Shown here: one piece after another, positions 31,580-40,892 of the stretch
Position numbering within the stretch: the first letter of the stretch is position 1
How the letters are laid out: the number at the start of each line of letters is the position of its first letter
Virus record (IMG/VR): IMGVR_UViG_3300009149_000012
Span: 84,882-148,881 of that record
Strand: one strand, 5' to 3'
Source of the DNA: a virus
Length of the DNA stretch: 64,000 bases
Made by a program: the position numbers and the translations under genes
Notes under the pieces: generated by a model
Seen by the model: only the letters and a program-made list of their open reading frames with translations
Databases searched by the model: none
What the model was told of the DNA's origin: nothing

Positions 31580-33085
31580 TCACCAGTTCTTGCTAATGCG
31601 GTTCTTGGTGATGCGTTTCTTGACGGGATCCGAGTTTGTGCTTTCCGATTCAGGCGGGGAAACCTCGTAGACGGGCGTGTTGGCATCCGGCGTGTGGACT
31701 GCCGGGACCACGAACATCGAAGCCGCAGCATCCGAGTCGACCGCAAAGTCCTCCGAAAGCTGCTGTTGAGAAGCGTTGCAGGACACAACCCCAAGCTCCT
31801 GAAGGTCGGCAGAGGCATCCGAATCGGCCGAGAAGGTTCCGTAGCCTGCCGACATGCCCCGGCCCACGCTGCGCAGGTAGCCTTGGCCTTCGTTGAAGTT
31901 CTCGCTGGTTGCCATCCGTTGACCAAGACGCTGGCTCACGTTGGCGACCCCGACATGACCCCGGCGCTGGGCGCTTTCAGTGTGGACACGCATGATTGAC
32001 TGCGCCTGGGCGAAGTTGCCGTTGTTGGCCTGTTCTTCGGCTTCAAGCTGCGCCTTGGCCGTTTGAGCCAAGACCACGATGGCGTCGACGTCCTTGGTCG
32101 GCAAGTCCTGCTGTTCGCCGTTCTTGACGAACCGGACCTTGGCTTTGATGTCTTCGTTGTGATCCAACTTTTTGCCGTCCTTGTCGAGGCAACTGTACTT
32201 GACGTTCACCTCGAAGGCGTTGACGGCACGAGGGAAAGCTTGCTTTTGCTCTTTGAACTTGATCAAGAACACGAGGTGACGCGTTTCCTCAGCGAGAAGG
32301 TCAGGCGTCTGGACACTCACTTCGCCGGTCACTTCCTCTTCAACGTCGGCATCCGAGATGCACTCAACGATCTGGTGACCGTTGAGGGGTTTGACTTCCA
32401 ACGTGACGTCGGTTGCGTAGGTCGACACCAGCCCGCCAAGCTCTTTGCCGAAGGCGGCGAGAGCCGAGTCAGGGTTCTCGATGTAGGCGTAGTTGCCCTT
32501 GCCCTCTTTGGACCACTCGGTCAGAAGCTTTTGGTCGCAGTCACGGGCGTTGCCGTAGCCGAAAGCGCTGACAGACACCCGACCTCGGTTGGCTTCCAAG
32601 AGCTTGAGCAGTTCAGGAGCGCGCTGAGCGACGCCGCAGTTGGCGTAGCCGTCCGTGAACATGATGGCCCGGTGGATGATGTCCGAGCCCAGGTCCATGG
32701 AGTTCATCAACTCGACGGCCTTCAGGAAGCCGCCAGAAAAGTTGGTGCTCCCGCCAGGGGTGAGCTTGTTGACTTCGGCCTTGAGCAGTTCCTTGGTCTG
32801 AGGCGTGATCTCGGTCGGGGGGTAGGACCGCACACGGTCATCAAACGCCACGAGCCCACAGTAGTCGCCTTCCTGAAGGTGGTCGATGAGCTTGAGGACG
32901 GAACGCTTGGCGTACTCCATCTTGTTGCCCATGCCCATGCTGCCGGACACGTCCATGACCGGCATCACGAAGATGCGGGGCCGTTTGGCGGTCGCCGACG
33001 GGGCGGTGAGGCTGATCACAAGGTGGGCGTCGGTGTCGACGTCATGACGGACTTGGTCAAATGTATGGCGAGCTTCAATCTTCAT
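31580..33085 (-). CDS. vWA domain protein
   Basis: MIDAS DVSGSM, GGSTN, FTDGYAN. Confidence 0.9.
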   Translation of the reverse strand: MKIEARHTFDQVRHDVDTDAHLVISLTAPSATAKRPRIFVMPVMDVSGSMGMGNKMEYAKRSVLKLIDHLQEGDYCGLVAFDDRVRSYPPTEITPQTKELLKAEVNKLTPGGSTNFSGGFLKAVELMNSMDLGSDIIHRAIMFTDGYANCGVAQRAPELLKLLEANRGRVSVSAFGYGNARDCDQKLLTEWSKEGKGNYAYIENPDSALAAFGKELGGLVSTYATDVTLEVKPLNGHQIVECISDADVEEEVTGEVSVQTPDLLAEETRHLVFLIKFKEQKQAFPRAVNAFEVNVKYSCLDKDGKKLDHNEDIKAKVRFVKNGEQQDLPTKDVDAIVVLAQTAKAQLEAEEQANNGNFAQAQSIMRVHTESAQRRGHVGVANVSQRLGQRMATSENFNEGQGYLRSVGRGMSAGYGTFSADSDASADLQELGVVSCNASQQQLSEDFAVDSDAAASMFVVPAVHTPDANTPVYEVSPPESESTNSDPVKKRITKNRISKNW

Positions 33086-33633
33086 GGGATTCCTCCGTAC
33101 ACGTTATCGGTCGGTGCCATCAACGCAGAGCCGGACATGCTCCCATAATCAATGACGTGCCTTACGATCGTCCTCAGTGTCTCCAAAACCCTTTCGGGCG
33201 CGATTCACTGTACGGGGACTCAACCTATGAAGGCGCATCCCCTTGCAGAAGCCATCCTCTCAAAGATGACTTTTGATGTCAAGCGTGTTTTTCACACCGC
33301 CACTGAAGTCGACCAAGAGAGTCTCGGCCGATGATCCGACGTGTCGCCGGTTCTCCACACAGAAACTTGAGTTTGCTAGACCGACACTTGTAAATCTTCA
33401 CATGGCGCCTGCCCCGGGGCAGGCCCCCGGTTTGAGCGTAACCGCACACGAGGCACTTGGAGCACTGCCAGTAGCGATCTGGCTTTTCACCAAGCGGGAT
33501 TCCTCGAAGGGGCTGCCAGTCATGTTCGCAATCCATGCGGCCGACACTAGCACAGCGGAAGCAGGAGGTATCGATCCCCAAGCAGCGTGAGCCGCTCGTA
33601 CACGTTTCCAACGTGTCCCGTACCCTGTACGGT

Positions 33634-33903
33634 TCAGCTTCCAGGCAGGGTCTCGTAGGTCGCCAATTGCTGGGACCACAAGACCCCTTCGATCCACCCA
33701 AGGGCTCCCGCTGCGGCGAGCGAGTTGCCTTCCCGGGCGATTCTCAAAACGTTCGGGATCATCCAGAGCACGTGGCACAGGACTTCCATCCGTTCCGGGA
33801 TCTTGCCCGGGAGCGTGTATTGCTTCGGAGTAGCACCCGCCTCTTGAAGCAAATCACGGTACTTCTCAAGAGCCCGCTCGAAATGAGGATCACTTGGTGC
33901 CAA
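33634..33903 (-). CDS. Hypothetical protein
   Basis: Coupled to HNH gene; LGWIEGVLW. Confidence 0.55.
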   Translation of the reverse strand: MAPSDPHFERALEKYRDLLQEAGATPKQYTLPGKIPERMEVLCHVLWMIPNVLRIAREGNSLAAAGALGWIEGVLWSQQLATYETLPGS

Positions 33904-34405
33904 GGTACCACGTCCATTGCTCGGGAGCGTTGTTCATCGGGATGGGAGGCGGGGTGAGCGGCAGCGTCTTGGGCTGGACCGGCTTTTTCAGCAGCCGCAT
34001 CCCTGCTTGCTGCGGCGTGCGACCCGCTTTGCGGTTGTTGCACGGGTAGCAACACGTCACGATGTTCGTCCACACAGTCTTCCCACCTTGGGAGCGAGGG
34101 ATGACGTGGTCGTAGTTGAGCTTGCTCATCGTCGCCTTCGTTCCGCAATACTGGCAAACGAACTTGTCCCGGGTCATCACGTTGATCCGAGAGAACTTCA
34201 CAGCCTTTTTGCGAGCCGAAACCGTCTTCGTGAGTCGAGCCACGGCGGGAATGCTCATCTCCACCGAAGGACTACGGACCGTTTCCTCATACTCTTCCAG
34301 CACCTCGATCTTGCCCATCCACAGCAAGCACACGGCTTGCTCCCAGGGTACGATCCGGTGAGGCTGGAAGCCTTGAGTCAGGATAAGTGTGTGGGATGAA
34401 GCCAT
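33890..34405 (-). CDS. HNH endonuclease (McrA-like)
   Basis: RD..CQYCG, DHVIPRSQGG, NIVTCCYPCNNRK. Confidence 0.9.
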   Translation of the reverse strand: MASSHTLILTQGFQPHRIVPWEQAVCLLWMGKIEVLEEYEETVRSPSVEMSIPAVARLTKTVSARKKAVKFSRINVMTRDKFVCQYCGTKATMSKLNYDHVIPRSQGGKTVWTNIVTCCYPCNNRKAGRTPQQAGMRLLKKPVQPKTLPLTPPPIPMNNAPEQWTWYLGTK

Positions 34406-34463
34406 GATAAGCCTACCGTTTCTTTTTCCGCATCATTCAGCCTTGTTTACACCGTGGAATTAG

Positions 34464-34820
34464 TGGAGTCGCCGGGAATCGAACCCGGGTCCGAAAAACA
34501 TCGTTTCAATCCGTCTACGTGCGTAGCCCTTCTACCCTCGGGCGGGGTTTGCCGATCTTCCAACCGACATGGGGATTTTCATTGTCTTGATCGGGGGTTA
34601 TCGACACGTCCCTCAATTTTGCCCCGAAGCATCCTGTGTGGGTTGACGTCGCCGGGGTACTCAGGACCCTTCCCGTTTGACGGACACTACGCTGCTGCGA
34701 GCATCAGGTTACCATTATCGTTGGCAATTGACGTTCCACCTGTTTGATCATGGCTGTTCAGGTGGCTCAGCCAGCACGCGAGATCGAACCTCCATCCTCC
34801 GTCGAAACCAAGTCGACCCC
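34464..34820 (-). ncRNA. ssrA: tmRNA, tag ANDNGNLMLAAA
   Basis: GGGGTCGAC..GGTTTCGAC 5' end, G3:U70, T-arm; tag ORF 34687-34725. Confidence 0.95.
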
Positions 34821-34865
34821 AAATGAGTCAAGAGAAGTTACACCGAGTTGATGCACCCGGCAAGC

Positions 34866-34952
34866 TGGTAGGGGTGACAGGAGTCGAACCTGCACGCCAC
34901 GAAGGGCACCTGAACTTAAACCAGGCGTGTCTGCCAGTTTCACCACACCCCC
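34866..34952 (-). tRNA. tRNA-Leu(TAA)
   Basis: Cloverleaf, V-arm, CCA. Confidence 0.9.
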
Positions 34953-34953
34953 G

Positions 34954-35157
34954 TCAGACGCAGGCTTCCCCAGCCTGGGAGAGCCTCAAGACACTGTGAG
35001 GCACGTCGCACTGCAAGACGTAGTCGAACCGAGTCGAGACCACGTAGTGCAGCAACCCCTTCTCGACCAAGGCATCCCGCACCCGCTTGGTGGGGAAGCG
35101 ACCCTGCATGGTCTTGAAGTATTCGAGAGCGGCTCGTTGGGGGGTTGTGATCTTCAT
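34954..35157 (-). CDS. Small hypothetical protein
   Basis: ATG 7 nt after CTTAG motif. Confidence 0.55.
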   Translation of the reverse strand: MKITTPQRAALEYFKTMQGRFPTKRVRDALVEKGLLHYVVSTRFDYVLQCDVPHSVLRLSQAGEACV

Positions 35158-35164
35158 GCACCCT

Positions 35165-35191
35165 CTAAGACAGCCGAGCCGCCTCAATCAA
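35165..35191 (-). promoter_or_regulatory. TTGATY-N16-CTTAG promoter motif
   Basis: Repeat motif. Confidence 0.7.
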
Positions 35192-35199
35192 CCGAAAGT

Positions 35200-35286
35200 T
35201 GGTGGCAACGGGGGGAGTCGAACCCCCACGCTCACATGGAGCACCTGGGTTTGAGCCAGGCGTGTCTGCCATTTCACCACGTTGCC
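35200..35286 (-). tRNA. tRNA-Leu(CAA)
   Basis: Cloverleaf, V-arm, CCA. Confidence 0.9.
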
Positions 35287-35289
35287 AAA

Positions 35290-35470
35290 AGCGAGAGCTA
35301 ACAGGACGGAGCAGAGATGCTCGGGTAGGGGCGATGAAAATGGAGTAACCGACTTGATAGTGGAAGAACTGTCGGTGTTCCAGATTGAAGTTTTTCGCAC
35401 ACTTTCCCGATTTGCCGTGAGCGTCTTTCAACGCTTATTGTAGGTAGGTCTTCTCTCGCCTCGTTTCCGC
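35290..35470 (-). ncRNA. Candidate structured ncRNA (element A)
   Basis: Closing helix GCGAGAG/CTCTCGC, hairpins, complementarity to 48228-48464. Confidence 0.55.
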
Positions 35471-35477
35471 CCCCGGA

Positions 35478-35981
35478 TTACTCCGGGAGGGTTACGTTCA
35501 TTTCGATTTCGGTCAGGTTGCCCTTGGCGATGGCGGCTCGAATGACCGCCGCTTCTTTCGCCGCCTGGTTGGCGAACTTCAAGGCTTGTGCCTGGGTGAC
35601 CATGCGCTTGGCCCGGACCTCGTTGGGGTCACGGGTGAGCGTTTCGTCCCGGTAGCTGTAGCGGTCTTTCTTGACCCCGGCGACGCTTCGCCACATCTTC
35701 TCCAACCGACCCGCACCGCCGACGCTCTTGATCGCTTCGGTGAGGGTCATCGTGTCGGAGCCAACTTCAACACGAACCTGCATGTTGTAGTCGGTCTGCG
35801 CCGTCTGAAGCTTGGCGACCATCACATCATACGCATGGAACTTGTCAGCGATCTGCTGAGGCGTTTCCTTGTCGTCATCCTCGAAGGCGTGAAGCGAGCC
35901 ATCGAAAAGGGAAGCCGTCGTGTCTCGAACCATCACAGTTCGTTTGATTGCGTCTTTCAGAATGTGTCCGGTAACTTTCAT
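35478..35981 (-). CDS. Helical protein, DIP1984-like family (tentative)
   Basis: L..AQ..YN..V, MTL.EAI, I...N pattern. Confidence 0.55.
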   Translation of the reverse strand: MKVTGHILKDAIKRTVMVRDTTASLFDGSLHAFEDDDKETPQQIADKFHAYDVMVAKLQTAQTDYNMQVRVEVGSDTMTLTEAIKSVGGAGRLEKMWRSVAGVKKDRYSYRDETLTRDPNEVRAKRMVTQAQALKFANQAAKEAAVIRAAIAKGNLTEIEMNVTLPE

Positions 35982-36000
35982 GGTCGTCCTCTGATCTGAT

Positions 36001-36729
36001 CTACACCGACGGGTCAGTGTCGGCTGAATTTTCGGTCGTGAAAGAAGCGCCCGCCTGGTTCAAATGATGAGCTTGGGCCGACGTCAACGCAAATTCGGTG
36101 GGAATCCCATCCATAAGGGCGGCAGCGGCATGAAGCGGCACGTCAGGGAAAAGCTGGCGGTACGCTCGAAGGAAAGCGATCCGGTCTGACACCGAAGTGA
36201 GGGTGAGATTGAAACGTTCCTCTTGAATACCGACGGTCAGTTCCTGGTTATTCTCTTGGTAGGGCTCATCGGGTACCCCAGCCGTAGTCACAGACGGAAG
36301 AGCCTCCCGATACGGTGCAGGAGCAAGCCCAGAGAGCCTGCCAATACGGGGTGAGCGTCGAACAGGCGGGTGGTCGCCCTCTCGAAAGGGTGTCGGGGCC
36401 GAACCTCGAATCGGCTGCACCATGGCTTCAGCAAGGTCTGCCATCGCTTGCGGGTCGTGTATGATCTGTTCGACAAGGCTCGGATCCATGATCGGAGCGC
36501 GAGGTTCCGTACGGGTCTCCGTGAAGGGAGGCGCAACGTCTCCGCTCATGACCAACCCCCGGGGCCTCACATCACTGATATCGCCCGAATACTGAATCGG
36601 CTCACCCGGTTGCCGGGGGTACCCAGGCGGCGCCAAGCTCGAATAGATCCGAGCACTTTGGTCACGGAGCTTGAGCGCTGCCTTGTCCTCGGCTTCCTGC
36701 ACGAGTTGTATCAACCGCTGCTTGCTCAC
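36001..36729 (-). CDS. Hypothetical protein
   Basis: 242-aa ORF in operon. Confidence 0.6.
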   Translation of the reverse strand: MSKQRLIQLVQEAEDKAALKLRDQSARIYSSLAPPGYPRQPGEPIQYSGDISDVRPRGLVMSGDVAPPFTETRTEPRAPIMDPSLVEQIIHDPQAMADLAEAMVQPIRGSAPTPFREGDHPPVRRSPRIGRLSGLAPAPYREALPSVTTAGVPDEPYQENNQELTVGIQEERFNLTLTSVSDRIAFLRAYRQLFPDVPLHAAAALMDGIPTEFALTSAQAHHLNQAGASFTTENSADTDPSV

Positions 36730-37234
36730 GATGTAATTCCTTCCAGATCCACGTTGCCCAAATCTCTCGTCCCTTGAAGGTCGGGTGAAGTTGGTCCTCC
36801 CACATGGGAATGGTCACAGGCCTGGAATCAAGATACACCACGCCGGTTTCCAAGATGAGGTTGCGGACGTAGGTCGGACGGATCGACAAGGGAAGCTTGG
36901 GCATCCCCACCCACACGAGCCGTATGCCAGTTTGCCCCATCCGACGGTGGAACCGAGCCATGAAGGGCCCCGTCTGCACGTGAGGCTTCATGTAGGCGTC
37001 GTTGGCGCCGAGCACGATGACGACCAACGTAGGCCGAAACCGGCGCAAAGGCGTCAGGTCTGCTGTCGACCACGAGATGATGCTGGTACCTGGCACCGTG
37101 TCAGATCCGAAGGCATGGCCCTCGGTGACCGCAAGCTTTCACAAGGGCTCCACGAGACCATGCGCCAGCGAATCACCCGTGAGCCAGATTCGGTCCCCCG
37201 GATGCACGAGCGCTGCGAGTAGCAACGGCCACAT
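36662..37234 (-). pseudogene. SGNH/GDSL hydrolase interrupted by in-frame TGA at 37139-37141
   Basis: GDSLA upstream of the stop; GAND and DQLHP downstream in the same frame. Confidence 0.75.
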
Positions 37235-37404
37235 CAATAGCCGTCGCTCATGTAGCGTTTCCGCCATTGGGCGTAGTTGAGCCACTCGACGAGAATGCTT
37301 TCACATTCGGGGCAGTGCTCAACGTATCGCCGATGTTGGTGCCACACGTGCTTGCACTTGCAACACTTGAAGCGGGGTTTGATTTTCTTGCTAACTAATC
37401 CCAT
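37234..37404 (-). CDS. Small zinc-ribbon protein
   Basis: CCKC...CPEC; TGATG coupling. Confidence 0.55.
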   Translation of the reverse strand: MGLVSKKIKPRFKCCKCKHVWHQHRRYVEHCPECESILVEWLNYAQWRKRYMSDGY

Positions 37405-37485
37405 GGTCCGCTGAGAAGGAATCGAACCTTAAGCTCTGGCACCTTATAAGGATGCTGCTGGCAAGCCCAGCCAGCGCCTCAGCGG
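37404..37485 (-). tRNA. tRNA-Ile(TAT), 8/4-type
   Basis: Loop CT-TAT-AA, 6-bp D-stem, CCA. Confidence 0.8.
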
Positions 37486-37685
37486 GCAGCCTCAAGCTCT
37501 TCCACTATGATGAGCTTGTCCAGCCGCCGCCGACCCCGCCGAAGCCCCTTCTTCAGTCCCCATTGACACGGGTGACCGGGCTTGGAGTACCTTGCCAGGC
37601 TATGGGTTCCTGTGAGGCCACGGTTGACGCGAGCTTGTTTGATGACGCGTCTTCCAGCACCCATTACGAGGCCCCTTTCTGGCAC
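37479..37685 (-). CDS. Small basic protein
   Basis: Arg-rich ORF. Confidence 0.4.
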   Translation of the reverse strand: MPERGLVMGAGRRVIKQARVNRGLTGTHSLARYSKPGHPCQWGLKKGLRRGRRRLDKLIIVEELEAAR

Positions 37686-37861
37686 TGTTTGCAGAGCGCC
37701 CTGTTGTCAGGGGCCGTGCCCCGGTAAACCTTTTTGTGGCCGCATTCCAACGTCAAGGTGAAGATGTCGATCCCCCGCCGCCAGTTGAGGGTCTTGGGGG
37801 TGACGGACATCGAGTCACGTTCCTTGGTGACCTTACAGTCGACGATCTTGCGATAAGGCAT
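37664..37861 (-). CDS. Small Cys-containing protein
   Basis: LECGH...CKQC; ATG 9 nt after GGTGTA. Confidence 0.55.
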   Translation of the reverse strand: MPYRKIVDCKVTKERDSMSVTPKTLNWRRGIDIFTLTLECGHKKVYRGTAPDNRALCKQCQKGAS

Positions 37862-37881
37862 GCGATGTCCTACACCGGGCC

Positions 37882-38196
37882 TCAATCCCCAATCAAATGG
37901 TCCCAAGTGGTCTTCAGAGATTCGGGGGGCTCGGGAGGCTCGGGGGGTTCCAAGGGTTTGACTTCAACGTGAATGGTTCCGCCTGCATCGACGATGATCT
38001 TGATCCCACGTTGAGCCCAACTCAAGGAAGGCTCAACGATAATGAGCTTCGGAAAGGGGCCTTCTGCGACCACCGCTGCCGCACGTGGTGACAGATTGAA
38101 TGCATTGATCATGGCCGACACCATGCACTGGTTTGCCGGTGCCAAAGGGTACCGTGTCTGCGGCTCCCAACCATCGAGATAGACTTTGAGCGGCAT
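37882..38196 (-). CDS. Hypothetical protein with C-terminal TTWDHL
   Basis: ATG 10 nt after GGTGTA. Confidence 0.6.
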   Translation of the reverse strand: MPLKVYLDGWEPQTRYPLAPANQCMVSAMINAFNLSPRAAAVVAEGPFPKLIIVEPSLSWAQRGIKIIVDAGGTIHVEVKPLEPPEPPEPPESLKTTWDHLIGD

Positions 38197-38214
38197 GGGG
38201 TTGATTTACACCGG

Positions 38215-38288
38215 TACCCAGAGCGGGATTCGAACCCGCACCTGTACACGTTCTAAGCGTGTTGCCTCTGCCGTTGGGCTACCTGGGC
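38215..38288 (-). tRNA. tRNA-Leu(TAG) lacking long V-arm
   Basis: Loop CT-TAG-AA, short variable loop. Confidence 0.85.
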
Positions 38289-38302
38289 TCTTCTGAGAAA
38301 TG

Positions 38303-38377
38303 TGGTGCACGGCGTGGGAATCGAACCCACCTAAACTAGCATGTCGAGCTAGCGCTCTCCCAGAGAGCGAGCCGTGC
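38303..38377 (-). tRNA. tRNA-Val(GAC)
   Basis: Loop TC-GAC-AT, CCA. Confidence 0.85.
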
Positions 38378-38381
38378 GTAG

Positions 38382-38453
38382 TCGGGGTGACGAGAATCGA
38401 ACTCGTCATCGCTTCTACCCGAAAGAAGTGGCCCACCCTGAGCCTTCACCCCG
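38382..38453 (-). tRNA. tRNA-Pro(CGG)
   Basis: Loop TT-CGG-GT. Confidence 0.85.
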
Positions 38454-38466
38454 TATCTCAAAACAT

Positions 38467-38486
38467 TGGAACCAGAGGAGAGAATC
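38467..38486 (-). pseudogene. 3' remnant of disrupted tRNA-Gln
   Basis: GATT-CTCTC-CTCTGGT-T-CCA; pairs with GCCAGGG at 39301. Confidence 0.65.
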
Positions 38487-39144
38487 ACCTTAGCCATTTC
38501 CGAATGGCGTTATCGCTCACACCATACTTCCGACCCACCCCAGTGAATCCCAGTTTTTTGATTTCCTCTTGAAGCACGGATAGGGTTGGCCGCTTGACTC
38601 TCCGGTATGGGAACTGGGCACACCTCCCGCACTGACCCCCCTGTTGCCCTACAAGAGCACCACACTTGCAAGAATGTATTTTTCTCGCATTTCTTCCTGC
38701 ATGTGTCGGTAGCTGGCTGGCACAATTGGGGCAAACAAGACGTAGATTCTCTATACGATGATCGTCGGCCACACCGTTTTTATGATCCAGCACCATAACC
38801 AAGGACTGCCCACGCCAAACGGGGGGCAGCCCGCAGACAGAGCACTCATTTTCCAGCACTTTTTCTTGTAGCAATCGCCGCTTTAAGTGACCACGACCAA
38901 AGGACGAGTTTTCAACTAGAACAGAATCAAGGGGTTTCTTAGGCCGAATCCCATGAGGATGCACTCCGAAATGAGAAACATCGACACCCTCCTCAGCCAA
39001 ACGACGGTGAAGGGTTCGACAGTTTCCCCCTTTGTTAACCAAACCGAAATGTGCCAAAACCTCGGTATAAGTGTGGCTTGAAGCTACCAAAGACCTGAAT
39101 TCATCCGAGGTCAGGCCCCAAATAGGGCTGGTCCGTTTACGCAT
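38485..39144 (-). CDS. HNH homing endonuclease
   Basis: CSVCG, LDHKNG, ENLRLVCPNC, C-terminal HTH. Confidence 0.9.
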   Translation of the reverse strand: MRKRTSPIWGLTSDEFRSLVASSHTYTEVLAHFGLVNKGGNCRTLHRRLAEEGVDVSHFGVHPHGIRPKKPLDSVLVENSSFGRGHLKRRLLQEKVLENECSVCGLPPVWRGQSLVMVLDHKNGVADDHRIENLRLVCPNCASQLPTHAGRNARKIHSCKCGALVGQQGGQCGRCAQFPYRRVKRPTLSVLQEEIKKLGFTGVGRKYGVSDNAIRKWLR

Positions 39145-39187
39145 GGGGTAGAGCTTACTCCACACCGCAAACAAAGTCTACCCCTAG

Positions 39188-39258
39188 CACCGAGAGCTAG
39201 ATTCGAACTAGCACAAAGGGCTTCAAAGGCCCTCGTCCTACCATTAGACGATCCCGGC
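39188..39258 (-). tRNA. tRNA-Gln(TTG)
   Basis: Loop CT-TTG-AA. Confidence 0.9.
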
Positions 39259-39266
39259 ATTGGTCG

Positions 39267-39301
39267 CAAAGTCCGGTGTCTTGCCGTTAGACGACCCTGG
39301 C
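39267..39301 (-). pseudogene. 5' remnant of disrupted tRNA-Gln(TTG)
   Basis: GCCAGGG, D-arm, stem ending at CT-TTG. Confidence 0.75.
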
Positions 39302-39306
39302 AATAG

Positions 39307-39375
39307 TCGCGACGAAGGGACACGATCCCTTGCGGTGCCGGGTATGGACCGGCCCTCCAACCTCTGGACGTCGCG
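39307..39375 (-). tRNA. Atypical tRNA with CAT anticodon
   Basis: Loop TC-CAT-AC; T-loop ATCGTGT. Confidence 0.6.
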
Positions 39376-39377
39376 TT

Positions 39378-39453
39378 TGGAGTCTCCGGTGGGAGTCGAA
39401 CCCACAATCATCTGGTTCGAAGCCAGAAGCTCTGTCCATTGAGCCACGGAGAC
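39378..39453 (-). tRNA. tRNA-Arg(TCG)
   Basis: Cloverleaf, CCA. Confidence 0.9.
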
Positions 39454-39457
39454 GTAG

Positions 39458-39529
39458 CCCCCACGGAAGGATTCGAACCTTCATTGCAGGATTCGTAGTC
39501 CTGGATCCTATCCATTGGATGACGTGGGG
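39458..39529 (-). tRNA. tRNA-Arg(ACG)
   Basis: Cloverleaf. Confidence 0.9.
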
Positions 39530-39533
39530 TTGT

Positions 39534-39609
39534 TGGAACCTACACCGGGACTCGAACCCGGATTTCAGCCGTCGGAAGGCTACGTGATGATCCATTTCAC
39601 TATGTAGGC
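39534..39609 (-). tRNA. tRNA-Arg(CCG)
   Basis: Cloverleaf, CCA. Confidence 0.9.
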
Positions 39610-39615
39610 ATTCAG

Positions 39616-39686
39616 CGCCCCCGGCAGGACTCGAACCCGCACCGAACCAGATAGAAGCTGGCTTGCCGTCCATCGGCGTCAGGGGC
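39616..39686 (-). tRNA. tRNA-Arg(TCT)
   Basis: Loop CT-TCT-AT. Confidence 0.8.
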
Positions 39687-39944
39687 TTATTTCAGCAGGT
39701 CGGTAGCCTTGATGGGCTTACCCTTCTCGGTCTCGACCAACTCGAACTCGACCACTTCCCAAGATGCAGGGATCTTGGCGGGCCGGACAACCGAACCTCG
39801 GTACCCTCTAAGGTGAAGCTTGAAGTGGGTTTTCACACCGCACAACCGATCCCAGGACTTGCCAATTTCGGTGAAGTGGGGGTTGTAGCCACCGGATGAG
39901 AAGAGCCCGGTTTTCGTGTCCCGAACCTTGAAGATGGTCTTCAT
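39687..39944 (-). CDS. Hypothetical protein
   Basis: MKTIFKVRD..TGLFS.GG. Confidence 0.6.
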   Translation of the reverse strand: MKTIFKVRDTKTGLFSSGGYNPHFTEIGKSWDRLCGVKTHFKLHLRGYRGSVVRPAKIPASWEVVEFELVETEKGKPIKATDLLK

Positions 39945-39963
39945 GTAGGGGACTACACTGAAT

Positions 39964-40039
39964 TGGAAGCACGGGTGGGAATCGAACCCACGAATACCTG
40001 TTTTGCAAACAGGGCCCTTTGCCATTTGGGTACCGTGCC
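39964..40039 (-). tRNA. tRNA-Cys(GCA)
   Basis: U73, CCA. Confidence 0.9.
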
Positions 40040-40061
40040 AAGTTTTCATCTATGAAACGGG

Positions 40062-40892
40062 ATGGGCATGTCGTTCCCATCCAATCTTCAAGAACGTGAG
40101 CAATACATCCTGGACCAAGTCCAGGCTGGAAAGTACGAGATCGACTGGGTCCCGATCAAGTCGATGAATGACGATGACGAAGTCACCTTGTGGGTGAGCG
40201 CCGACGCCTTGAAGGTCGAAGGCACCCGGGTCAACGTCATGGCCGAGACGCAGCAAAAGATCGCTGACGTGTTGGGGGCCAAGCTTCTCACTGCCAAGAT
40301 CGCCGACCTGATCTGGTTGCAAGCAGACCTGATCTTGCCGCCCTTCCCTCGTGCCATCACGTCCTCAACGGAAGCGATGATCGAGCACAGCGGCAAGATC
40401 GACAACGCCATCGAGGCGCTTGGCGGGGCCGCTCCCGGCAACCTCATCTCGACCGTCGGCAAGCATTGGCTCATCGACAACAAGCTGGCCCAAAAGACCG
40501 TTGGTACCGCCATGAACTATGGCTGGCATTTCTTCGGTCAGAGCTACCAGGGGATCAACGGGGAGGCGGTCGCCTCTCTGGAGAAGGATCCCAAGACCGG
40601 CATGTACTACCGGCTCATCCAAGGCCGGGGGACCGCTCACGACATGCACCATGTCGACTACAGCCAGACCGCCATGTTCGTCCTGCGTGCCTGTCACGTC
40701 AACGGAGAGGCTGCCTGGCTCGACGACGTCATGGTCGATGAGAAGTATGCCAAGCTCGTCAACGTCGAAGGCGTCATGACCGTTCTACGCCAGCCCGGGG
40801 TACCTGAACCCGAAAACCCGGTCTGCGTTCTGCCTGAACAGATCATCACCGTTCCGCCCCCGCCGACATCTCGACGTTTCCGCAACTCCTAG
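40062..40892 (+). CDS. Hypothetical protein, antisense to tRNA operon
   Basis: Strong GC3 bias; NYGWH and H.DYSQ motifs. Confidence 0.8.
   Translation: MGMSFPSNLQEREQYILDQVQAGKYEIDWVPIKSMNDDDEVTLWVSADALKVEGTRVNVMAETQQKIADVLGAKLLTAKIADLIWLQADLILPPFPRAITSSTEAMIEHSGKIDNAIEALGGAAPGNLISTVGKHWLIDNKLAQKTVGTAMNYGWHFFGQSYQGINGEAVASLEKDPKTGMYYRLIQGRGTAHDMHHVDYSQTAMFVLRACHVNGEAAWLDDVMVDEKYAKLVNVEGVMTVLRQPGVPEPENPVCVLPEQIITVPPPPTSRRFRNS

Noticed and set aside
33086-33180. Riboswitch upstream of vWA gene
   Set aside because: No aptamer consensus recognised.
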